Origin: an uncultured delta proteobacterium
GTDB lineage: Bacteria; Myxococcota; Myxococcia; Myxococcales; 40CM-4-68-19
DNA length: 64,000 bases
Assembly: GCA_903911145.1 (NCBI GenBank)
Contig: CAIWCD010000013.1
Span: 124,001 to 188,000 of the forward strand
Direction: 5' to 3'
How positions within the stretch are numbered: the stretch's first letter is position 1; the number at the start of each line of letters is the position of its first letter. This document shows, in pieces, positions 40,369 to 48,363 of the stretch. The position numbers were made by a program, and so were the translations under genes. Below the pieces are notes generated by a model. That model did no database searches. It saw only the letters and a list, made by a program, of their open reading frames with translations, and had not been told where the DNA came from.

Positions 40369-40540
40369 GGCGCGGGCGGCTACCCCCCCCCGGCACTTTT
40401 TGTCAAGCGAAGCGCCGTGCGCACGAGCGGCAGCGCGCAACCAGCCTGTAGTTCACGAGCGCAGATCGTTCATGTCCGACGGCGTCTGCAGCAGCGCACG
40501 AGGCCGCGCATTGAGCACGATCGCCCAGTGGCGGCCGTTC

Positions 40541-40569
40541 CCAAGGTCCAAAGCCCAAAGCCAAAGTCC
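40541..40569. repeat. short tandem CCAAAG(T/C) repeat
   Basis: CCAAGGT CCAAAGC CCAAAG CCAAAGT CC, just past the SCP2-like gene stop. Confidence 0.55.
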
Positions 40570-40574
40570 GCTCT

Positions 40575-41090
40575 TCAGCTCTTCTTCAACTTCGACAGCG
40601 CGCTCGCGATCGCGCCCGGCCCCTGCAGGCCCTTGTTCGCCATCCACGAGAGGACTTTCTGTCCGCCCGCGGCGAGCACGCCGAGGTAGCCGCGCATCGT
40701 CAGCTTGAGCAGGCCGCTGTGAAGTTTGACGCGGATCTTCTCGTCTGGGTTGGAGGCGACCATGTGCTGAAAAAAGAGGATGCCGAGATCGCCGACGTCC
40801 GCGTCGGGCCTCGCGCAGAGAGCACGCGTGGCCCCCGGAGCGAGCGTCAATTCGAAGTCGGGATCCTTCGCCTTGCCGGGCACAAGTCGCGGCGAGCCGT
40901 CCTCGACGGTGAAGCGGAAATCGCCGGGCGCGTCGGTGAAGGTGACGCCCACTTCGGCCGCCTTCTTGAGCGACGCGGCGGCGGTGCGGCCTGCGCTGCT
41001 GCTCTTGAAGAAGCGCGCGAGCGCGTCGGGCGAGCTCTCGGTGGGGCTGCTGCTCGGAGGCGTACCGGCGGGCGCGGAGGAGTCGGTCAT
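40575..41090 (-). CDS. SCP2 sterol/lipid-binding-like hypothetical protein
   Basis: 'FRFTVEDGSPRLVPGKAKDPDFELTL' resembles SCP2 folds. Divergent from polX. Confidence 0.55.
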   Translation of the reverse strand: MTDSSAPAGTPPSSSPTESSPDALARFFKSSSAGRTAAASLKKAAEVGVTFTDAPGDFRFTVEDGSPRLVPGKAKDPDFELTLAPGATRALCARPDADVGDLGILFFQHMVASNPDEKIRVKLHSGLLKLTMRGYLGVLAAGGQKVLSWMANKGLQGPGAIASALSKLKKS

Positions 41091-41150
41091 GGAGCGGCCG
41101 CGAGTAGCAAAACCGCCGCTCGCTGGCAACCGCGGGCTATGCTTCGCTGC

Positions 41151-42914
41151 ATGACTCCGCAGGAAGTGGCCCAGTCGCTTCGCGAGATCGCGCAGCTGTT
41201 GCAGCTCAAGGGCGAGAACACCTTCAAGGTGCGCGCGTACGACAGCGCAGCGGAGACGTTCGAGGCGATGCCGGCCGATCCGAGCGTGGCCGGCGGCCTG
41301 CTCGCGCGGATCAAGACGGGCACGCTGCACGAGTTGCCGTCGATCGGAAAAGCGATTGAGCAGAAGGTCACGGAGCTGGTGACGACGGGCCAGCTTGCCT
41401 ATCTGCATGAGCTGCGAAGCGGCTTCCCGAGCGGGATTCTCGATCTCGTGCGCGTGCCGGGAGTCGGCCCCAAGCGCGTGCTCGCGTTGATTGCCGAGCT
41501 GGACATCGGGTCGCTCGCGGATCTGCGCGCGGCCTGCGAGGCGGGGCGCGTGCGCGGCATCAAGGGGTTTGGCGCGAAGAGTGAAGCGACGATTCTCGAG
41601 GGTGTCACGAAGCTTCAGGAGATGACGGCGCGCCGGCCACTCTGGCAGACGCGACCTGTCGCCGAGGCGCTGCTCGCGCGCATCCAGGCCGCACGGGGCG
41701 TGCACGCGGCGGCGATCGCGGGGAGCATCCGGAGATTTTCCGAGACGACCGGAGATGTCGATCTGGTTGTCGAGCTGCGACCGGGAGCGGATAGCGCGGC
41801 GGCGATGGATGCGCTCGCGACCGCGCCAGACGTGGGCGGGATCATCGGGCGTGGCGAGACGAAGCTGAGCGTGCGTCTGACGAATCCGCGTGGACTGCAG
41901 GTCGATCTGCGCGTCGTCGCGGCAGGAAAATTCGCGACCGCGCTGCATCACTTCACGGGCAGCAAAGCGCACCACATCAAGCTGCGTGGACTCGCACGGC
42001 AGCGGGGTCTCACGCTCTCCGAGTACGCGCTCGCGTCGGTGGAGAGCGGGCGCGCGCTCGAAGTGCACGACGAGGCTGCGCTCTATGCGCATCTCGGCCT
42101 GCCCTTCATCGCGCCAGAGCTGCGTGAAGATCGCGGCGAGATCGAAGCGGCGCAGGCCAATGCGCTGCCGTCGCTGATCACCGAGGAGGCCGTGCTCGGG
42201 CTCGTCCACTGCCACACGACCTGGAGCGACGGAGAGAATTCGATCGAGGAGATGGCGCAGGCGGCGCACGCACTCGGGAAGCGCTACCTGACGATCACCG
42301 ATCACGCCTACGCGAGCGGCGAAGGGCGCGGCCTCACGGTGGAGCGGCTTCGCGCGCAGACCGATGAGATCGCCCGCGTCCAGAGCGGCTTTCCGCACTT
42401 GCGCATCCTGCGTGGCGTCGAGGTCGACATCCTCGAGAGCGGCGAATTGGCGCTGCCCGACGAGGAGCTCGCGGCGCTCGATCTCGTCATCGCCAGCGTG
42501 CACCAGCGCTACCATCTCGATGCGGCGGCGCAGACGGAGCGCATCGCGCGCGCGCTCGCCCATCCGCTCGTCGACATCTGGGGCCACCCGACCGGGCGGC
42601 TGCTCGGAGAGCGTGCGGAGATCGACGTCGACCTCGAGAAACTGCTCACCGTCGCGGCGAGGCACGGCGTCGCGGTCGAGTGCAACGGGACGCCGCGACG
42701 GCTCGATCTCGCGGCTCCCTGGCTGCAGCGGGCGAACGCGCTCGGCTGCCAGATCGCGCTCTCGGTCGATGCGCACGCAGCCGGAGAGTTCGCGAATCTG
42801 CGTTGGGCGGTCGGGAACGCGCGCCGTGGGTGGGTCGACCGAAAGCAGGTGATCAACGCGCTGCCACTCGACGAGATGCTTGCGCGACTCCATGGGTCGC
42901 GAGCGCACAGGTAG
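41151..42914 (+). CDS. polX: DNA polymerase X / PHP 3'-5' exonuclease
   Basis: 'GENTFKVRAY', HhH 'VPGVGPK', 'AGSIRR..ETTGDVD', 'VDLR', 'HFTGSKAH', and PHP 'HCHTTWSDG', 'TDH', 'GHPTGR', 'DAH'. Confidence 0.95.
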   Translation: MTPQEVAQSLREIAQLLQLKGENTFKVRAYDSAAETFEAMPADPSVAGGLLARIKTGTLHELPSIGKAIEQKVTELVTTGQLAYLHELRSGFPSGILDLVRVPGVGPKRVLALIAELDIGSLADLRAACEAGRVRGIKGFGAKSEATILEGVTKLQEMTARRPLWQTRPVAEALLARIQAARGVHAAAIAGSIRRFSETTGDVDLVVELRPGADSAAAMDALATAPDVGGIIGRGETKLSVRLTNPRGLQVDLRVVAAGKFATALHHFTGSKAHHIKLRGLARQRGLTLSEYALASVESGRALEVHDEAALYAHLGLPFIAPELREDRGEIEAAQANALPSLITEEAVLGLVHCHTTWSDGENSIEEMAQAAHALGKRYLTITDHAYASGEGRGLTVERLRAQTDEIARVQSGFPHLRILRGVEVDILESGELALPDEELAALDLVIASVHQRYHLDAAAQTERIARALAHPLVDIWGHPTGRLLGERAEIDVDLEKLLTVAARHGVAVECNGTPRRLDLAAPWLQRANALGCQIALSVDAHAAGEFANLRWAVGNARRGWVDRKQVINALPLDEMLARLHGSRAHR

Positions 42915-42990
42915 CCCCGCGCTCACGCTCGAACCTTGCCAGTGCGATCCGATCTCTCCTCGCGCGTTCTCTTTGCTACTGTCGCGCGCC

Positions 42991-45555
42991 ATGCGCCTCT
43001 CGAACACGCCGTTTGTCGTCGCGTCGCTGTCTATTCTGGCCGCGCTCGTAGGCTGCTCGCGGGATCTCTCTGTTCCGTCGAACTCGCCGCCGTCCATCAG
43101 CGCCGTCTCGCCGCACGCCGCGTTCGCTGGAGAAACGGTGACCATCACCGGCACCAACTTCGGCTCGCTCAGTTCGACGACGGTCCGCTTCGGCGGAACA
43201 CCCGCGCAGTTGACCTCGGTCGATCCGAGCGGGAACAAGATCGCACTGCTGATGCCCGACATTGGCGCGATCGATCTCGCTGAAGGCAGCGCAACAGGCT
43301 CCATCGAAATCGATACACTCGCTGGGAGCGCACGCTGGCCGAGCAGCCCCGACGGCGGCATCTTCCAATCGCTCGGGCCGGGCCATCCGCACGAACTCAT
43401 CCTGAAGGCGCAGGCGTCGCTATCGCCGCTCATCACGTGGGCCGGAGTGCCGCAGACCCCGAACGCCAGCGGAGATGACAACGCGAACAATGCCGTCTGG
43501 ATGATCGACTACACGCACGACCTGCTGCTGACCGCCTCCGCATACTTCGATCGCACGCTCCGCGCGCGAATGCGCATCTCGTCCGAGGCGGTCTTCTTCT
43601 TTGGCGAAGCGTTCTCGCCCTATCTCTACGACCTCCGTGGCGGAACAGATGATCTGGGCATCCCGCTCGCACCCGTGCTGCACCAGTACGCGCTCAGCCA
43701 GCAGGGGCGGACGCCCGACACCGAGCTGTGCGTGTCCGGACCGTTGGTCACGCAGGACCAGATGCAGGCGCTGTTCGATCCCACCTGGCTCGCGTTCGCC
43801 TTCGCCTCTCCGGGCGCGAAGTGGGTCGCGATTCCGATCGACACGCAGGGAGTGCAACTGGTTCAGCTGACGCCCAGGCCCCTCGATGATGGCGGTGTCG
43901 ACAACTGCGGCATCACGACGTTCACCATCGGAACCGACGGCTCGCCGGGCGCATTTCCCAGCACCGCCTACGTGCCGCTGACATTCACGTTCGCCTCCGA
44001 CGAGCTCCTCATCGGCACGGGGAAAGGGCCGAGCGCCGGGCGCGGTTTCCTCTTCTCCATCGAGCTCGATCAGAACCCGCCGAAGCTGCGGCTCAGCGAT
44101 GCGCTCGTTGGCGGCGACGCTCCAGCGTTAGACGGGCTCACGGCTCCCGCGATCGGAGTCCTTCCCGATGGGGGTCAGGGTGGCGCCTACGCAACCTCCG
44201 ACTACGAGATTGCCTTCTTCACCTACGCTGCGGGCACGCCGCCACAGAAGTCTCTGGACGACCGTTTCCAGACCGCGTCCAGTCCCGCGCTGCTTGCATA
44301 CAACAGCCCCGACGCGAGCACGCCCCTGCTCTACTCGGTCGACCAGGTCGGCGCTTTGCTTGCAATCGACCCGATCGACGGCGACGCCATTGTCGGCGCG
44401 GCCCAGATTCGGAATTGGAGTGCGCTGCTTCCGCTCCGAGAGGGGATCGGAGGAGGCCAGCACGACCTGCTCTTGGAGGAGAACGGCCGCCTCACGCTGT
44501 TCGGGCCCACGCTTGCCCCCCTCTCGAATCGCGAGCTCGGATCGGGTCCTTCGGCAGCACCCGCGCTCGGCATCGAGAGCGAACCGGCGAACTTCGGGGG
44601 GGTACACGATGCAGGGATAGGGCAGAGAATCTTTGTCGCGACTTCGCTCGATACGCTGCAAATCGATACGTCTCCGCTGCAGCCGATCCTGGTGGCCAAC
44701 CAGCCTGTGCGACTCGACGGACTTGCCGCGAGCAGTGGGGGCGAAGTCGGATGGGACTCGAACCAGCTCTTCGTTCGGGATCCGGGCGCCTGGGACCATG
44801 CAGGCACCCTGGCCGACCCGATCGCGCGTGGGTTGATCAGCGACGACCGGAAATGGATCGCGACGATCACCAGCGTTGGCGACAGCAGCGCGCCGACGCT
44901 GTCGATGGTCTCGCTTATCGACGGCGGAACCGTCGTGGCTCCCGCGGACCTCTCCTTCGCCCACACCCGGCAGCACCCTGCGTATCTCGCCTGGCGGGGA
45001 CAGACGCTCTATCTGGCGGCCGCAGGGGTTGCATGCCCGGACGGAGGGACGGGGCTCGAGTTGGTGCGGATGAAGCCAGACAGTCTGGAAGTCGATCAGT
45101 GCAGTTCGCTCAATCCGATTCCGCCTCCGGCTCGCCAGGCGACGGCCGTCACGGGGCTCTGGTCAAGCCGAGCGCTGGGCGGAGTCCTTGCAACCGCCAC
45201 CATCCCCGCGGTGGGCAATCCTGATCTCGAGCATTCCCTGCTCGGGACGCTCTGGAGGGACGACGGCACGCAGGCCGCGATCAACCTCGCCGAGCCGCTG
45301 ATCTTCCCGCTCACACTTTCTGCGGACGGGCGGGAGCTGGTCTGCAGGTCGCCGGAGTACAACGGGACGCCTCCCGGCATCGACGCAGTGCTGCTCGATC
45401 TCGATGCCTCAGACGGCGGAGCACGGCAGCTGATCAAGGGACCGACGCGACATATCGACCTTGCGGACACTCCGCGCGAAGCAGTCAGTGCATTCGACGG
45501 AAGCGCCTACTACGTGCTCCTCCCTGGCCTTGACGCGGTCGGGCTGATCGAGTAG
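42991..45555 (+). CDS. large lipoprotein with N-terminal IPT/TIG domain and probable beta-propeller region
   Basis: Lipobox 'LVGC' and 'PSISAVSP..A..GETVTITGTNFG....VRFGG'. The remainder is beta-rich with propeller-like 'SPGAKWVA', 'SDDRKWIA' and 'SADGRELV'. Confidence 0.75.
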   Translation: MRLSNTPFVVASLSILAALVGCSRDLSVPSNSPPSISAVSPHAAFAGETVTITGTNFGSLSSTTVRFGGTPAQLTSVDPSGNKIALLMPDIGAIDLAEGSATGSIEIDTLAGSARWPSSPDGGIFQSLGPGHPHELILKAQASLSPLITWAGVPQTPNASGDDNANNAVWMIDYTHDLLLTASAYFDRTLRARMRISSEAVFFFGEAFSPYLYDLRGGTDDLGIPLAPVLHQYALSQQGRTPDTELCVSGPLVTQDQMQALFDPTWLAFAFASPGAKWVAIPIDTQGVQLVQLTPRPLDDGGVDNCGITTFTIGTDGSPGAFPSTAYVPLTFTFASDELLIGTGKGPSAGRGFLFSIELDQNPPKLRLSDALVGGDAPALDGLTAPAIGVLPDGGQGGAYATSDYEIAFFTYAAGTPPQKSLDDRFQTASSPALLAYNSPDASTPLLYSVDQVGALLAIDPIDGDAIVGAAQIRNWSALLPLREGIGGGQHDLLLEENGRLTLFGPTLAPLSNRELGSGPSAAPALGIESEPANFGGVHDAGIGQRIFVATSLDTLQIDTSPLQPILVANQPVRLDGLAASSGGEVGWDSNQLFVRDPGAWDHAGTLADPIARGLISDDRKWIATITSVGDSSAPTLSMVSLIDGGTVVAPADLSFAHTRQHPAYLAWRGQTLYLAAAGVACPDGGTGLELVRMKPDSLEVDQCSSLNPIPPPARQATAVTGLWSSRALGGVLATATIPAVGNPDLEHSLLGTLWRDDGTQAAINLAEPLIFPLTLSADGRELVCRSPEYNGTPPGIDAVLLDLDASDGGARQLIKGPTRHIDLADTPREAVSAFDGSAYYVLLPGLDAVGLIE

Positions 45556-45577
45556 GCGGGCGACGAGTGAGCGAAGA

Positions 45578-46390
45578 TCAGTGGTGCTTCTCTCCCCCTC
45601 CGTGCTCACCGCCCGCATGCACGGGAGTGCCGGCGTGTGCGGGGGCACCTGCGTGAATCGGCGCGCCGCCGTGAACAGGCCCGGCGACGCCGTGAGGCGG
45701 CCCGTAAGCGTGGCCATGCTCGGGCGACGACTGGATCGACGGAGCCTGACGCGCGCCGTGGATCACCGAACCGACGTGCGCGCGCGGGACCATCTCGTGG
45801 GCGATCGGATGCGTGAAGTGCTGCGCCGGGACGGCGATCCATCCGTGCCAGTGCGGGCCGTACTTGAAGCCACGCGGGCCGTACGGCGCCCACGCGACGT
45901 GGCCGTTGGTGTACCGCCACGAAACCCACGCTGGAGCCCAGGTGAAGCCGGGGACCCAGAACCAGCCGACGTTCTCGAGCCACGCCCAGCGGCCGTAGTG
46001 AAACGCGGCCCATCCCCACGGCACCGTCGATGCGAAGGCCCAGCCCGCGTCGGTGTAGACCCACGAGCCATCCGTGTACGGCTGCCACTCGGAATTCGCG
46101 GCGGCGTTGGGAGCCCAGACGCGGCCGTAATCGGGCGTGTCGATCCAGCGACCATAGGGAGACAGCGACTGATCGAATGCGGCCTGATCGGGGGCCTGCT
46201 CGGGAGGCTGCGCTTCCGCTGGCGGCGGCTCGGAATCATCGAGGTCGGTCGGAGGAGGAGGCGGGGCCGTGTCTGACGTGGACTGATCATCCTGCGCTTG
46301 AGCAGCGCGAGAGACGAGCATCGTTGCAGGAATCGCGACGAGCAGCGCCGCGAGCGGGCTGCAGAGATTCGACTTGATCAGCGTGGCCAT
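45578..46390 (-). CDS. secreted Trp/Tyr/Gly-rich DUF6600-like protein with His-Gly repeat tail
   Basis: 'LSPYGRW...YGRVWAP', 'WQPYTDGSWVYT..GW', 'PWGWAAFHYGRW' and 'WVPG..WAPAWVSWR'. Confidence 0.8.
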   Translation of the reverse strand: MATLIKSNLCSPLAALLVAIPATMLVSRAAQAQDDQSTSDTAPPPPPTDLDDSEPPPAEAQPPEQAPDQAAFDQSLSPYGRWIDTPDYGRVWAPNAAANSEWQPYTDGSWVYTDAGWAFASTVPWGWAAFHYGRWAWLENVGWFWVPGFTWAPAWVSWRYTNGHVAWAPYGPRGFKYGPHWHGWIAVPAQHFTHPIAHEMVPRAHVGSVIHGARQAPSIQSSPEHGHAYGPPHGVAGPVHGGAPIHAGAPAHAGTPVHAGGEHGGGEKHH

Positions 46391-46455
46391 GTGCACCCCT
46401 GCGAAAGAGTTCTCTCGAGTCGAATGATAAGCAGCCCGTCGACGCCCGGCCTGTT

Positions 46456-46965
46456 TCAATCTGATTGCGTCTGCGTGCGCGTGGCCGGTGCAGGGAGCAG
46501 GCCGTTCCGCTGCAGCGCCGCGAGAAGATCCTCGACGCTCTGGTAGGTCAGCGAGAGCGGATCCTCGTGACGGAAGCGGATCTCACCGCTCTCGTCGATG
46601 ATGAAGATGGCGCGCCGGGCCGTGCCCATCAAGGTCCGCACGCCGTAGAGCCCGGCGACCTTGCCGCCCTCGTCTGCGAGCAGAGGGAAGCTCAGCGCGT
46701 AGGATTTGGCCATCCGCTCGTGCCGCTCGAGTTTGTCGGTCGAGATGGCCCAGAGCACCGCGCCCGTCGCGACGAGCTCCTGCCGCTGCGCCTCGTAGGC
46801 AGCGAGCTGGCGCGTGCAGACGGGCGTGAAATCTCCCGGGTAGAACGCGAGGACGACGACGCGGCCGCGCTGCGCCGCGAGGTGATAGTTGCCATCCGGG
46901 CTCTCGGCGGGCGGGACGCCATCGAGAGAGAAGTCGGGCGCGAGATCGCCTTCGAACGGACCCAT
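46456..46965 (-). CDS. peroxiredoxin (BCP/AhpC-TSA family)
   Basis: PxxxTxxC motif '[11 protein letters not shown]', 'FPLLAD' and 'RRAIFIID'. Confidence 0.9.
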   Translation of the reverse strand: MGPFEGDLAPDFSLDGVPPAESPDGNYHLAAQRGRVVVLAFYPGDFTPVCTRQLAAYEAQRQELVATGAVLWAISTDKLERHERMAKSYALSFPLLADEGGKVAGLYGVRTLMGTARRAIFIIDESGEIRFRHEDPLSLTYQSVEDLLAALQRNGLLPAPATRTQTQSD

Positions 46966-47060
46966 GGGACGCGCACCCTACCCGATCATGGCGCTGGTGC
47001 TGTTCGCGAATCCGCGCTGGTGATACGAGAGCGCGGACACGAACCCCACAGGAGTCCGCC

Positions 47061-48311
47061 ATGACCATCGCAGCCAACGACGCGCTCATCCTCGACGCAG
47101 TGCGGACGCCGATCGGAAAACTGCGCGGAGCCTTGACGGGCGTGCGCGCGGACGATCTCGCAGGGTTCGCGATCGAGTCGCTGCTGGCCCGCGTGGCGAG
47201 CGCGAGCGGGAGGGATCTCGCATCGCTGCACGCGCGCATCGACGAGGTGATCCTCGGCTGCGCGAACCAGGCGGGCGAGGACAATCGCAACGTCGCGCGC
47301 ATGGCGCTTCTGCTCGCGGGGCTGCCCGACCGCGTGCCCGGCGTGACGGTAAATCGGCTCTGCGCGAGCGGCATGGAGGCCGTGGTGCAGGCCTCGCGCG
47401 CGATTCGCCTCGGCGATGCGCAACTGATGGTCGCGGGCGGCGTCGAGAGCATGACGCGCGCGCCGTGGGTGGTGGGCAAGCCGGCCGAGGGGTTCGCAGG
47501 CGGTCCGATGGTGAGCTTCGATACCTCGCTGGGCTGGCGCTTTCCCAACCCGCGTCTCGCAGCGCGCTTCCCGCTCGAGAGCATGGGCGAGACGGCGGAG
47601 AACGTCGCGATGAAGTACGGCATCGCGCGTGCGGCTCAGGATGAGTTCGCGTTCTCCTCGCATCAGAAAGCCAGCGCAGCGCAGGCGGCGAATCGATTCG
47701 CGCAGGAGCTCGTCGCGGTCCCTGTCGCGGCATTTTCCGGAGACAAGAAGAAGGCAGCGACGCCGCCGTTCGAGCGCGATGAGGGGCCGCGCGCGGACAG
47801 CACGGTCGAGAAGCTCGCGACGCTCAAGCCGGTCTTCCGCGAAGGCGGGAGCGTGACAGCGGGAAACTCGTCGGGGCTCAATGATGGCGCGGCCGCGCTG
47901 CTCATCGGCTCGCCGCGCGCCGCAGACGAACTCGGGCTCAAGCCGCTCGCGCGCATCGTCGCTTCCGCGTCGGCAGGAGTGGATCCGCGGCTGATGGGAA
48001 TCGGTCCGGTGCCGGCGGCGCAGGCGGCGCTCGCGAAGGCAGGACTCACCGTGCGCGATCTTGGTCTCGTCGAGCTGAACGAGGCGTTCGCGGCGCAGGG
48101 CCTCGCGGTGATGAACGAGTTGGGGCTCGATCCCGCCAAGGTGAATGTCGACGGCGGCGCGATCGCGCTCGGGCACCCACTGGGAATGAGCGGTGCGCGC
48201 ATCGTTGGACACCTCGCGCACGCGCTGCGCGCACGAGGCGGCCGCTATGGCCTGGCGACGCTCTGCATCGGCGTCGGCCAGGGGCTCGCGGTGATCATCG
48301 AATCGCTCTGA
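47061..48311 (+). CDS. thiolase, 3-oxoadipyl-CoA thiolase (PcaF/PaaJ)-like
   Basis: '[17 protein letters not shown]', 'NRLCASG', '[11 protein letters not shown]', 'ELNEAFAAQ', 'GHPLG' and 'LCIGVGQG', matching the PcaF/PaaJ subfamily. Confidence 0.9.
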   Translation: MTIAANDALILDAVRTPIGKLRGALTGVRADDLAGFAIESLLARVASASGRDLASLHARIDEVILGCANQAGEDNRNVARMALLLAGLPDRVPGVTVNRLCASGMEAVVQASRAIRLGDAQLMVAGGVESMTRAPWVVGKPAEGFAGGPMVSFDTSLGWRFPNPRLAARFPLESMGETAENVAMKYGIARAAQDEFAFSSHQKASAAQAANRFAQELVAVPVAAFSGDKKKAATPPFERDEGPRADSTVEKLATLKPVFREGGSVTAGNSSGLNDGAAALLIGSPRAADELGLKPLARIVASASAGVDPRLMGIGPVPAAQAALAKAGLTVRDLGLVELNEAFAAQGLAVMNELGLDPAKVNVDGGAIALGHPLGMSGARIVGHLAHALRARGGRYGLATLCIGVGQGLAVIIESL

Positions 48312-48363
48312 GCCGCGCGGGGCTTGATCGAAATGCTCCGCGCGGCGAGGTGGCTCGTCGCGC

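Noticed and set aside
40453..40647. 64-aa minus-strand ORF
   Set aside because: It overlaps the SCP2-like gene end and runs through the CCAAAG repeat, with no RBS or motif.
41151..42914. PolX as a possible non-canonical (inactive) polymerase or part of an NHEJ/defence locus
   Set aside because: The GDVD and third Asp motifs and the PHP ligands are intact, and no Ku/LigD or defence genes are adjacent.
41091..43490. Apparent 971-aa ORF extending the SCP2-like gene
   Set aside because: It is antisense to polX and the IPT lipoprotein. Only 40575-41090 looks coding.
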